Assembly (NCBI GenBank): GCA_963767925.1
Contig: CAVYGB010000008.1
Span: 608,001 to 672,000 of the forward strand
Length of the DNA stretch: 64,000 nt
From: an uncultured delta proteobacterium
Lineage (GTDB): Bacteria; Myxococcota_A; Polyangia; Fen-1088
Direction of reading: 5' to 3'
The notes beneath the pieces are model-generated. The model was not told the DNA's origin. It searched no databases and was given only the letters and a program-made list of their open reading frames with translations. The translations under genes were made by a program, and so were the position numbers. This document shows, one piece after another, positions 50,660-59,026 of the stretch (positions within the stretch are counted from its first letter, which is position 1; the number at the start of each line of letters is the position of its first letter).

Positions 50660-51634
50660 CGGGCTCTCCACCGTCACCGGCTGCCGGGTGTCGGGATGGG
50701 GGAAGGTCAGCCGGTGGGCGTGGAGGGCCTGGCGGGGCAGGCCGTCGAAGGCCGCCAGCAGCTCCTCGGTCATGCCCGTGTCGCAGAAGTCCAGGAAGCG
50801 CTGCTCGCCGGCCCGGTAGATCTTGTCGCCGACGATGGGGTGGCCGATGCTGGCCAGGTGGACCCGGATCTGGTGTTGCCGGCCGGTCCGCGGCGACAGC
50901 TCGACAAGCGCGTGCTCGGCGAACCGCTCGATCACCTGGTACCGGGTCAGCGCGGGCGCCCCGTCCGGGAACACGCCCATGACGATCCGGCTCCGGCTCC
51001 CGGTGAGGCGCAGGGGCTTGTCGATCTCGCCGGCCTCGGGCGAGGGAATGCCGTGGCAGAGCGCGAGGTAGGTCTTCTCCACTGCCCGGCGGGCGAAGGC
51101 TTGCTTCAGGAAGGAGCTGGGGCCGGGGCCGCGGGCGAGCAACATCACCCCCGAGGTCTCCTTGTCGAGGCGGTGGCAGACCTGCAGCGGCTGGCCCGGA
51201 TAACGCTCGCGCAGCAGCGCGGTCAGGGTGTTGCGCCAGTACTTGGCGGTTGTGTGGATGGGCAGGCCGGCCGGCTTGTCGATGGCGATGAAGGTGTCGT
51301 CCTGGGCCAGCACGGTGAAGTCGCGGGGCACGGGCGGCTCGACCGGGGCCGGCCGCTCGATCAAGATGACCTCGCCGGTGCGCACGCCGAGCGAGGGGCG
51401 CGGCTGCCGGCCGTCGTGCAGGCGCACCTGCTGGGCGATGATGTCCTGGATCTTGTTGCGCGAGAGGCGCCGGATGCGCCATTTGAGGAAGTGATCGAGC
51501 CGCCAGCCGTCGCACTCGGACGGCACCCGGATCCGGACCGGGATGATGTCGGCGGGTGCGACGGCGGCCTCGGCCTCGACCCGGTCTCCGGACGGCCCGG
51601 AGGTCGGATCGGCCAGCGGCTCCTCGCCCGTCAA
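50615..51634 (-). CDS. RluA/RluD-family pseudouridine synthase
   Basis: RLDHFL S4-like domain, KPAGL, HRLDKETSG, TGRQHQIRVH, GDKIY, QALHA. Confidence 0.93.
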   Translation of the reverse strand: MTGEEPLADPTSGPSGDRVEAEAAVAPADIIPVRIRVPSECDGWRLDHFLKWRIRRLSRNKIQDIIAQQVRLHDGRQPRPSLGVRTGEVILIERPAPVEPPVPRDFTVLAQDDTFIAIDKPAGLPIHTTAKYWRNTLTALLRERYPGQPLQVCHRLDKETSGVMLLARGPGPSSFLKQAFARRAVEKTYLALCHGIPSPEAGEIDKPLRLTGSRSRIVMGVFPDGAPALTRYQVIERFAEHALVELSPRTGRQHQIRVHLASIGHPIVGDKIYRAGEQRFLDFCDTGMTEELLAAFDGLPRQALHAHRLTFPHPDTRQPVTVESPLPADLVAYFGDLPR

Positions 51635-52476
51635 TTCTGACTCTCGCCGGTCTTGTCGTTCTGCTTCTTCTGGGCGGCTGCTTCCTCGTCCTGCTTGCGG
51701 GCCGCCTCCAGCAGCAGGAACGACGTCGACGAGCGGACCTCGTCTTCGCCGTCGACCTCACCCGGCTGAAACTCGAACTTGCCCCCGTTCCAGGTCAGCA
51801 TCTGGAACACCGCCGCTGCGCCCTGGCAGTCGGCGCGCCCCTCGATGGTGGCTCGCAAGACCCGCCCCTTGCGCACGTGCACCCGGCCGTTGCCGATCTG
51901 GCCGCTGAGGACCAGCACCCCCGAGCGCCGCTCGAGCTCCAGCAGCATCAGGATGCTCGCCGCCCCGAACTCGTCGAGCCGCCCTACCAGGGCCACTCCG
52001 GCCGGGGCGCCCCGCTTGCCCGCGGGCCGGGGCGCCACCGCGGGGGTCGGCCGGCGCGCCGGAGCGGCGGGCCGGGCCGGTCGGGTGACCGGCGGCGCCT
52101 CGGCGGCCGGCGCTCCCAGCAGACGGGCGACCTTCTCCTGCAGGGCCTCGGCGCTGAACGGCTTGACCAGGACGTCGTCGATCTCGGGGCGAAAGCTGGC
52201 CCCCCGCCTTCCCGGCGGTGACTGCCCGCTGACCAGGAACAGGGCCGGGACGTTGGCCAGCTCGGGCCGCGCGCGCAGCCGTTCCACCAGCTCCCAGCCG
52301 TCGATGCCCGGCAAGCGGGTCTTGACGATGATCAGCTCGGGCCGAACGTGTTCGGCCGCCAGCAGGCCCTCACGCCCGTCCGCGGCCATGCCGACCTGGT
52401 GACCCACCTGCGACAGCACGGCCGCCAACATGCGCTGCGCCCAGGCGTCATCGTCCACAACCAGCACGCGAGGCAT
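51631..52476 (-). CDS. Response regulator with DUF4388-like output domain
   Basis: VLVVDDD, KPF; GRLDEFG..ILMLLELERRSG..W..GKFEF..LLLEAAR; phosphoacceptor region reads LIIVKTRLP (no Asp). Confidence 0.85.
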   Translation of the reverse strand: MPRVLVVDDDAWAQRMLAAVLSQVGHQVGMAADGREGLLAAEHVRPELIIVKTRLPGIDGWELVERLRARPELANVPALFLVSGQSPPGRRGASFRPEIDDVLVKPFSAEALQEKVARLLGAPAAEAPPVTRPARPAAPARRPTPAVAPRPAGKRGAPAGVALVGRLDEFGAASILMLLELERRSGVLVLSGQIGNGRVHVRKGRVLRATIEGRADCQGAAAVFQMLTWNGGKFEFQPGEVDGEDEVRSSTSFLLLEAARKQDEEAAAQKKQNDKTGESQN

Positions 52477-52507
52477 GACTTACGCGCTGCTTTCGGCCCG
52501 GTGAGGT

Positions 52508-53116
52508 CTAGTCGTCGTAGTCGTCGACGCGGCGGTTCCACCGCCAGTTGCCACGCTCGCGCTCTTCCGGCCGGGGACGGGAGGACCGCTTCTTTTCCGG
52601 CCGCTCTCGCCGCTCGCCGCCCCCCCGCGCGTCGCGTTCGCCACTGCGAGGTGGCGACGTCCCGAGGGGTGGTGGCACCCGCGGGGGCCCGAACGGCCGG
52701 CTGCCCGGACCGCCCGGAGGACCAAAGCCGGGCCGGGGAGGCCCACCGGCCCCGCCGAAGCCGCCCGGTCGGGGTGGTCCCCCGAACCCACCGGGTCGGG
52801 GCGGTCCCGCCCCGAACCCACCGGGTCGCGGCGGTCCGCCCGGGCCACCCGGACGAGGTCCGGCCGCCCTGGCCTGGGCCTCCTCGACCACGATGGTGCG
52901 TCCTTGCAGCATCTTGCCCGACAACTTCTCGATGGAGGCCTTGGCCCCCTCGTCGGTCATCGTTTCGACGAACGCGAAGCCGCGGGGACGCCCGCTCTCC
53001 CGGTCGAGTGCGACCTTGACGCTGCGGACTTCGATTCCTTCGGAGAGGAAGGCGTCTTTTAGCTCCTGCTCGTTGACGTTGTAGGAAAGGTTGCCAACGA
53101 AGAGACGGGTACCCAT
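52508..53116 (-). CDS. RRM RNA-binding protein with Gly/Pro/Arg-rich tail
   Basis: LFVGNLSY (RNP2), RGFAFVE (RNP1), PRPGGFG repeats. Confidence 0.92.
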   Translation of the reverse strand: MGTRLFVGNLSYNVNEQELKDAFLSEGIEVRSVKVALDRESGRPRGFAFVETMTDEGAKASIEKLSGKMLQGRTIVVEEAQARAAGPRPGGPGGPPRPGGFGAGPPRPGGFGGPPRPGGFGGAGGPPRPGFGPPGGPGSRPFGPPRVPPPLGTSPPRSGERDARGGGERRERPEKKRSSRPRPEERERGNWRWNRRVDDYDD

Positions 53117-53160
53117 AACGATGTTGCCTGGCTCGCTGTGTGCTCTATATCAATAACCGC

Positions 53161-53448
53161 TCAAGGGGTAGCAGGTCCGTTGACCCGATCCTTGAGCTCT
53201 TTCCCCACACGGAAGGTCGGGGTCTTCCGGGCTGCGATCTGAATGGCCTCTCCCGTTCGCGGATTACGACCCGTCCGCGCCGCGGACTCCCGCACGAGGA
53301 AAGCGCCGAACCCGCGCAGATCGATGCGCTCGCCCTTGGCCAGGTTCGTCGCGATGGCGTCGAGCAGGGCATCAATCGTAGCTTCGACCTGGGGGCGCGG
53401 AAGATTCCGCTGCTGCGCCACCAGGTCCACCAGGTCCGATTTCTTCAT
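53161..53448 (-). CDS. HU/IHF family DNA-binding protein
   Basis: MKKSDLV, LRGFGAF, RTGRNPRTGE, PTFRVGKELK. Confidence 0.95.
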   Translation of the reverse strand: MKKSDLVDLVAQQRNLPRPQVEATIDALLDAIATNLAKGERIDLRGFGAFLVRESAARTGRNPRTGEAIQIAARKTPTFRVGKELKDRVNGPATP

Positions 53449-53522
53449 GGGGTTGGCTTTCTCCTCGTAGTTTGTTGGGCGAACATAAGCCCGCCAAGGC
53501 CTCGCTCGCACGGTTTCATTAA

Positions 53523-53552
53523 AATTTAGTGGTAGCCGCGTCTGTAGGTCAA
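53523..53552 (-). promoter_or_regulatory. Candidate sigma70 promoter for the HU gene
   Basis: TTGACC-N18-TAAATT in a locally AT-rich stretch. Confidence 0.5.
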
Positions 53553-53695
53553 GCGAGGGTGACGCCCCTTGCCAGGTCCCCGGGTGGGCCCGAGTGGGGC
53601 AAAGGCGGATAACGCGCGTCAGCTCAGGCGCAACCCCGAGCGCGGGAGTTACCCGGCGCACCTGGAGAAATGACCCCATCTGTTGAAGCGGCCAC
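53532..53695. ncRNA. Candidate structured non-coding RNA (nested long-range hairpin), family not recognised
   Basis: Nested pairings GTAGCCGC/GCGGCCAC, GGTCA/TGACC, CCAGGT/ACCTGG, CCGGGT/ACCCGG. Confidence 0.4.
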
Positions 53696-53718
53696 ACGCG
53701 CCTCGGCGAGGCGCGTGG

Positions 53719-54675
53719 TCAATTTCTGGACGGGCCGTCGTCCTCTCCGGGGCGCAGCGACCCCGCGATGCGATCGAACCCTCTGCGCAGCGCCCAGGCC
53801 GCTTCCCCGCCGTTGCCGATCTGGGCCGCCTCGGCGAGGGCCCCCTCGAGCTCCTTGCGCACCACGGGGCAGCGGCCCGGCGGGATGAGCGGGCTCAACA
53901 GCTCGCGCGCGGTCCGCTCGTAGAGCCGGCGGCAGCCGTCGTGGTCGCCCTTGTTGAACAGCGGGGCGCCGAGGCTTATCGCGCCGCCGAGCCGCTCGAG
54001 CACGAGCGGCAGCTCGGGGCAGCGGGCGATCGGATTGGTGGCGCCCGGGCTCGCCTGGATCTCGTCGAGCAGCAGGGCATCGACCGCCGCCGGCAGCAGG
54101 TCGGGTCGGGTCTCGAGCAGCTCCTTGACCCGGGTGCAGCGGGGCCGCGAGCTGAGATCGGCGATCACCGAGGCCGCCCGGCTCTCCAGTCCGGGCGCGC
54201 CGGCCTCCAGCCGGCGCACGATCGCGAGCAGATCCGGGCAATCTTCGGAGTACATCGACGACTCGGGCACGTCGAGGCGCTTGGCCGTGAGGGTGTCCCC
54301 CGGGAGCTGGCCGGCGATCGCCAGGCCGAGCGCCGCCGTGTAGCCGAGGTCCAGCTCCAGGCTGGCGTCGGCGGCGGTCGGGGCGCGGGCCGCCCGGGCG
54401 ATGGCCCGCTCGAGCGTGCTGGAGAAGGCGCCGCAGGCCCGGGCCCCCGGTTCGCGCAGCAAGGCGGCGGCGTTGATCCGCATGACCTGGTAGGCGGCGA
54501 GGGAGCTGCCGCGGGCCCGGTGCACGCTGGCGAGGACCATGGTGGTGCGCAGCCGCTCGATGGTCGGCGCGAGCAACGTACACCCCGCGCCGTGCTCCTT
54601 TCCCGCTGCCGGCGAGGCCGGGGACAGCAGGATCAGAGACAGCGCCGCGGCGGCGCTCCATCGGCGGACGTGCAT
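53719..54675 (-). CDS. Secreted hypothetical helical protein with paired Cys
   Basis: Signal peptide; AISLGAPLFNKGDHDGCRRLYE..AWALRRGFD. Confidence 0.7.
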   Translation of the reverse strand: MHVRRWSAAAALSLILLSPASPAAGKEHGAGCTLLAPTIERLRTTMVLASVHRARGSSLAAYQVMRINAAALLREPGARACGAFSSTLERAIARAARAPTAADASLELDLGYTAALGLAIAGQLPGDTLTAKRLDVPESSMYSEDCPDLLAIVRRLEAGAPGLESRAASVIADLSSRPRCTRVKELLETRPDLLPAAVDALLLDEIQASPGATNPIARCPELPLVLERLGGAISLGAPLFNKGDHDGCRRLYERTARELLSPLIPPGRCPVVRKELEGALAEAAQIGNGGEAAWALRRGFDRIAGSLRPGEDDGPSRN

Positions 54676-54769
54676 TGCGCCACATCATGACACGCCCTCG
54701 GGGCGGCAGGGCCCGAAAGCGAGGAGGGCCTCGCTGCCGGCGCCAGTGGCTCTATACTCGGGCCCGCCG

Positions 54770-55336
54770 ATGAAAGGGTTTCTTCTCGGTTTGCTCGTCG
54801 CCGGTCTGGCGTTCGGCGGCTACCTGTACTGGAAGAGCAGCGACGCCGGTCGCGGTCCGCGCGTCGCGGCCCAGCCCGACGCGGGCGCCCCCGTCAAGAA
54901 GCGCCGCCGTCGGGCGGCCCGGGCCGCGGGCGATCCGGCCCCGGAGTCGATGCGCCTGTCGGCGGCAGACCGCAAGATGGTGGGGCAGGGGGACGACCTC
55001 GGCCGGCCCGAGGTCGTGCGCCTGGACTTCGAGGATCAGCGCCAGATCCCCGAGCTGTCCCAGGAGGACATCGACGCGCGCTTCAAGCCCCAGGAGGAGG
55101 CGGTGCTCGATTGCATCGCGCGCGCCCGCCCCGCCCCGGAGGCGCACGTGCCCGGGCTGGTGAACGTGAAGTTCCGGATCCAGCGCAGCGGCGCGGTCCG
55201 GGGCGTGCGGGTCGAGGCGCCGGCCATCCTCATGCGGGGCGGGCTGCACGGCTGCCTGAAGGATCTCGTCGAGGGGTTGCGCTTCGCCGAATCGGGCTCG
55301 AGTCAGATCGTCACCTACCCGTTCCGATTGCACTAG
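54770..55336 (+). CDS. Membrane-anchored protein with TonB-C/AgmX-PglI-like C-terminal domain
   Basis: N-terminal TM; C..GLVNVKFRIQRSGAV..CL..LRF..VTYPF. Confidence 0.7.
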   Translation: MKGFLLGLLVAGLAFGGYLYWKSSDAGRGPRVAAQPDAGAPVKKRRRRAARAAGDPAPESMRLSAADRKMVGQGDDLGRPEVVRLDFEDQRQIPELSQEDIDARFKPQEEAVLDCIARARPAPEAHVPGLVNVKFRIQRSGAVRGVRVEAPAILMRGGLHGCLKDLVEGLRFAESGSSQIVTYPFRLH

Positions 55337-55363
55337 TCCGGGGGACTACGTGCACCGCTCTCG

Positions 55364-55792
55364 CTATTTCGCGAGCGGTGCACCAGGCAGGTTGGCGGTC
55401 TCGGCCCGGGCCCAGTCGATGATGGCCTGGGCCGCCTCGAGGAACCGCCGGTCGGGGGCTCCCAGCCGGACCAGGGCGGGCGCCTGGGGGGGCGTATCGC
55501 GCAGCAAGGTCGCCGCCTCCCGCACCACCTCGGGCGCCCGGTCCTCGCTGGCCAGCCCGACGACGTGATCCATGTAGCTGCGGCCCCAGCCCGTCGGCCA
55601 GGCGGCAGCGGGCGTGAGGCGCAAGACGGCGTTGAGGGCCATCCCGGCTGCGCGCCGGGCGTGGGTCACGGCCGGACGGAAGGCGCGCCGGCCCAGGGCC
55701 TGCTCACCCTGGGCGAGCTCGTTGTCCGCGGCGGCCAACCACTCGAGCGCCGAGAGCCGCTCGAGCCACTCGCGGCTGTTCGGTTCGACCAA
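55364..55792 (-). CDS. HEPN-like small helical protein
   Basis: EWLAAADNELAQG..AVTHARRAAGMALNA resembles the HEPN N-terminal helices; start uncertain. Confidence 0.55.
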   Translation of the reverse strand: MVEPNSREWLERLSALEWLAAADNELAQGEQALGRRAFRPAVTHARRAAGMALNAVLRLTPAAAWPTGWGRSYMDHVVGLASEDRAPEVVREAATLLRDTPPQAPALVRLGAPDRRFLEAAQAIIDWARAETANLPGAPLAK

Positions 55793-55817
55793 GCTGCGCC
55801 TCCCGCCGGCGGGGCGT

Positions 55818-56621
55818 TCAGCCCCAGCCGCCCACAACGGTCTCGGCCGCCGCCAGATCCTGACCGGTGTCGATCTCGCGCCACTGGCCGTCGATGAACA
55901 CGGGGGCCAGGTGGTGCCCCCGCTCGGCCAGGGCGTTGAGGGCGTCGGTCAGGTAGGCCACCCGCAGCGCCCGGGCCCGCCCGAAGGGCGCATCCAGCCC
56001 CGGCGAAGCAACCTTCTCGTCCCAGAGGGCGCGCAGGGCCCGCCCCCCTTCGGAGGAGAACCAGGCCAGGCCGATGAACTCGCCGACCGCGACCGCCGCC
56101 TCCACCGCCTGCTTGCCCACCCGCACAACCCGGGCGTCGGGGCCCGTCCCCTCCACCTTCGCCAGCTCGGCCTCCGAGACCGGGTGCAGGGTGCGACCGA
56201 CGTAGGCGTCTTGCCAGCGGCGATCGATCACCAGGGCGGCGGAGGCCCCGCTGGACCGGGCCGCCTCGACGACCTGCCGGGCGACGCCGGGGGCATAGAC
56301 GATGTCCGAGTAGGAGAACAGGAAGCCGCCGTCCATCTCCCCGGCCGCGTAGAGCAACGAGGCCAGGATGTTGTTGCTCTGCCACTCGGGGTTGTCGACG
56401 AAGCGCAGGGGATGGGGACCGCCGTCGATGAGATCGCCGCGGTAGCCGCGCACGACCACGAAGTCGCGGACGCCGGCCCGGCTGAGCGCATCGAGCTGGT
56501 GGTGCAAGATGGGGCGGCCCGCCACCTGCACCATGGTCTTCGGGATGGCGTCGGTCTCGGCACCCAGCCGGCTGCCCCGCCCGGCGGCGACGATGATGGC
56601 GCGCGTACCGGCGGCGCTCAT
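55818..56621 (-). CDS. NTP transferase (phosphocholine cytidylyltransferase/LicC-like)
   Basis: AIIVAAGRGSRLG..PKTM, VVRGY, YSDIVY, GEFIGL, WREIDT. Confidence 0.88.
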   Translation of the reverse strand: MSAAGTRAIIVAAGRGSRLGAETDAIPKTMVQVAGRPILHHQLDALSRAGVRDFVVVRGYRGDLIDGGPHPLRFVDNPEWQSNNILASLLYAAGEMDGGFLFSYSDIVYAPGVARQVVEAARSSGASAALVIDRRWQDAYVGRTLHPVSEAELAKVEGTGPDARVVRVGKQAVEAAVAVGEFIGLAWFSSEGGRALRALWDEKVASPGLDAPFGRARALRVAYLTDALNALAERGHHLAPVFIDGQWREIDTGQDLAAAETVVGGWG

Positions 56622-57394
56622 GGGCGGGGCGACCTCCCCAGCTTCAGCGCCACGCCCAGCAGGGCGCGGGCGGCGTAGGCCGCATGGACCGCGAAGTAGA
56701 CGTGCAGGAAGACGTCGAGGCGATTGGCGATGGCCACGAACACAAGATAGCTCGGATAGTGGATGAGGAAGCGGCCGAGCTGCTCGACCAGGCCCACCAG
56801 CCGGCGCAGCGGCGAGCGCGGCGCGCTGGCCTCGGCGGGCGGGTGGGCGAACCCGTCGCCGTAGTCGCCCGAGCCCCGCGACACGTTGGCCCCGGTGGCG
56901 GCCAGGTATTCGGGCCGCCGGATGAAGGTGGTCAAGCTGATGCCCGACGCCACCGCGGTCAGGGCCAGCAGCCCCTCGAGCGCGAAGCGCACGTCCCCGG
57001 AGTCGCTCCACAGCCGGCCGGCGGTGGCGGCGACGAGCAGGAAGGCCTTGAGCTCGTCCATGAGAAAGTCGAAGTGGGCTCCCACCGGCGAGGAGGTGCC
57101 GCGCAGGCGGGCCAGCTGCCCGTCCACGCAATCGAGCACGTAGGACAGCTCGAGCACGACGATCGCCGCGATGAGGCCGCTCTGTCCGGGCAGCAGCACC
57201 AGCAGGCCGGCCGCGGCCAGGAAGACCACCAGCGACAGCAGCGTGACCTGGTTGGGGGTGATCCGCGTGCGCTCGAGCGCCACCACGATTGGCGCAGCCA
57301 GTGGCCGGGCGACGTAGCGGTTCCAGAAGATGTCGTTCGGCTTCCTGGTGCGGCGGTAGCCGTCGCGGATGCGGCTCCAGATCATGGTGGTCAT
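56618..57394 (-). CDS. CDP-alcohol phosphatidyltransferase family protein
   Basis: ITPNQVT, DCVDGQLARLRG..S..GAHFDFLMD. Confidence 0.92.
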   Translation of the reverse strand: MTTMIWSRIRDGYRRTRKPNDIFWNRYVARPLAAPIVVALERTRITPNQVTLLSLVVFLAAAGLLVLLPGQSGLIAAIVVLELSYVLDCVDGQLARLRGTSSPVGAHFDFLMDELKAFLLVAATAGRLWSDSGDVRFALEGLLALTAVASGISLTTFIRRPEYLAATGANVSRGSGDYGDGFAHPPAEASAPRSPLRRLVGLVEQLGRFLIHYPSYLVFVAIANRLDVFLHVYFAVHAAYAARALLGVALKLGRSPRP

Positions 57395-57397
57395 GGC

Positions 57398-58621
57398 TCA
57401 GCCTAGCCGGAGCGCGCCGCCCCAGCGGAGGAAAGCCCAGTAGCCACCGACGATGGCCAGCCCGAGGGCCACGCCGAGCAGGGCGTGGAGCAGGAGGGAG
57501 GCCAGGAAGCTGCCCGCCCCCCGCTGCCGTCCGGCCGGGGCGGGAGCCGCCGCCGGGGGGGGCATCGTGGGCGTGAGCGCGCGCTGGGGATCGGTCTCGC
57601 TATCGTCGGCGAGCTGCTCGAGGAGCCGCTCGAGCGGCCGCTCCGCCGACCGCCGCTCCGGCCGGTCGGCCCGCTTGTGATCCGACGAGCGGATCTCGGG
57701 TCGGGTGTCCGCGCGCATCGACGGGGTCTCGAACGGCGCCTCTGGCCGGGCCTCGACCCGCGGCTCGGGCCGGGTATCCAGTCTGGCCTCCGGCTTGATC
57801 TCCGGCGTCAGGTCCGGCTTGACCTCGGGGCGGGCGTCCACCGCCACCAGGGGAGCGCGGCTGCCGGTCTCCACCATGGGGGTGGCGCCGTCGCTGAGGC
57901 GGCGCAGGCGGGCGGTGCCGGGAAGGGCAGGGGAGTGGGCGTAGGGGGCCGTCACCTGGGGACCCCCGGCGGGGGCGGTGGGGGCGGGGGCCGAACCGCC
58001 GGCCGACGCCGGAGGCTGGACCTGGTAGCCGAAGATGGTGCTGCTATCGAGGGTGGGGGCGCGCAGCGGGCGGGAGGCCTTCGTCGGCCGGGGCAACGCG
58101 AGCTGCGGCAGGCTGATCCGCCAGGTCCCGTCGGTCCAGGACATGACCTCCGGGAGCCGCTCGCCCGATTCACTGCCGTTGACCAGGGTGCGCAGGATCT
58201 CGCCCCGGCGGTAGCTGATCCGCACGTGGTCGTCGCCGTGCCGGAGCTCGAGCGCGCAGGTGAGCACGAAGTTCTCGCAGTACCGCATCAGCGCCGGGGG
58301 CGGCCGCTGGGCCAGCGACCCCTCGAGGGAGCCAGGGGCCCCGAGGGCGCCGTCCTCGGGGTCCGGCAAGGTGGGGTGGGCCAGGAACCGGAGGCCGGGG
58401 ATCTGACGCAGGTAGGCCATGGCGGCGTCGCCCCGGCGGTCGCCCGCGATGGTCTCCGAGACGCCACCGGCCACCACGTGGATCTCACCGAGCTTCTCGT
58501 CGTGATCCGCGTGGAGCGTCTCGACGCGAACCGTCAGCGCGGCCTCGGCCAGGAGGGAGAGCAACTCCTCCAGCGTCCCGCCTTCCCACTTGTACGTCTG
58601 ACCCTCGACCACGAGTGACAT
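57398..58621 (-). CDS. Hypothetical protein with DUF4388-like domains, Pro/Glu/Arg repeats and C-terminal TM
   Basis: LEGSLAQRPPPALMRYCE..YRRGEI..SWTDGTW; PExRPE repeats; hydrophobic C-terminus. Confidence 0.7.
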   Translation of the reverse strand: MSLVVEGQTYKWEGGTLEELLSLLAEAALTVRVETLHADHDEKLGEIHVVAGGVSETIAGDRRGDAAMAYLRQIPGLRFLAHPTLPDPEDGALGAPGSLEGSLAQRPPPALMRYCENFVLTCALELRHGDDHVRISYRRGEILRTLVNGSESGERLPEVMSWTDGTWRISLPQLALPRPTKASRPLRAPTLDSSTIFGYQVQPPASAGGSAPAPTAPAGGPQVTAPYAHSPALPGTARLRRLSDGATPMVETGSRAPLVAVDARPEVKPDLTPEIKPEARLDTRPEPRVEARPEAPFETPSMRADTRPEIRSSDHKRADRPERRSAERPLERLLEQLADDSETDPQRALTPTMPPPAAAPAPAGRQRGAGSFLASLLLHALLGVALGLAIVGGYWAFLRWGGALRLG

Positions 58622-58627
58622 GGGTGC

Positions 58628-58891
58628 CTAGCTGTCCGTTCCGTCGCTGGCGTCCGCCAGGACTTCGGTGTCCGCGCTGGCCGAATCGGCCCCCGCCCCG
58701 GCGTCGGAGCTGGCCTCAGGGCTAACATCCACCGCGGTGTCCCGCCCCCCATCCGGCAGCCGATAGCCCGCGCCTGCGTCGGTCCCGTAATTCTGGTCAC
58801 GCCGGTCTCCGTCCGAGGAGCAGGCGCTGCTCCCGAGAAGCACTGCGAAACCAAGCGCATAAGGCCGCGCCCGCCGACCGATCAGTCGCAT
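58628..58891 (-). CDS. Small lipoprotein
   Basis: MRLIGRRARPYALGFAVLLGSSAC lipobox; Asp/Ala/Gly-rich mature part. Confidence 0.65.
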   Translation of the reverse strand: MRLIGRRARPYALGFAVLLGSSACSSDGDRRDQNYGTDAGAGYRLPDGGRDTAVDVSPEASSDAGAGADSASADTEVLADASDGTDS

Positions 58892-59026
58892 CGTCTCGAA
58901 GCTAGAAGGGAACATCGGTGCAATCAAGTTTGGTCGGTGGCCGTGGGAAGATTGTGCCGCGGCAGAGAACCGGGCTACAACGACAAGGCAACAAACACAA
59001 CCGGCCACGACCGGCTTTTGAACAAA

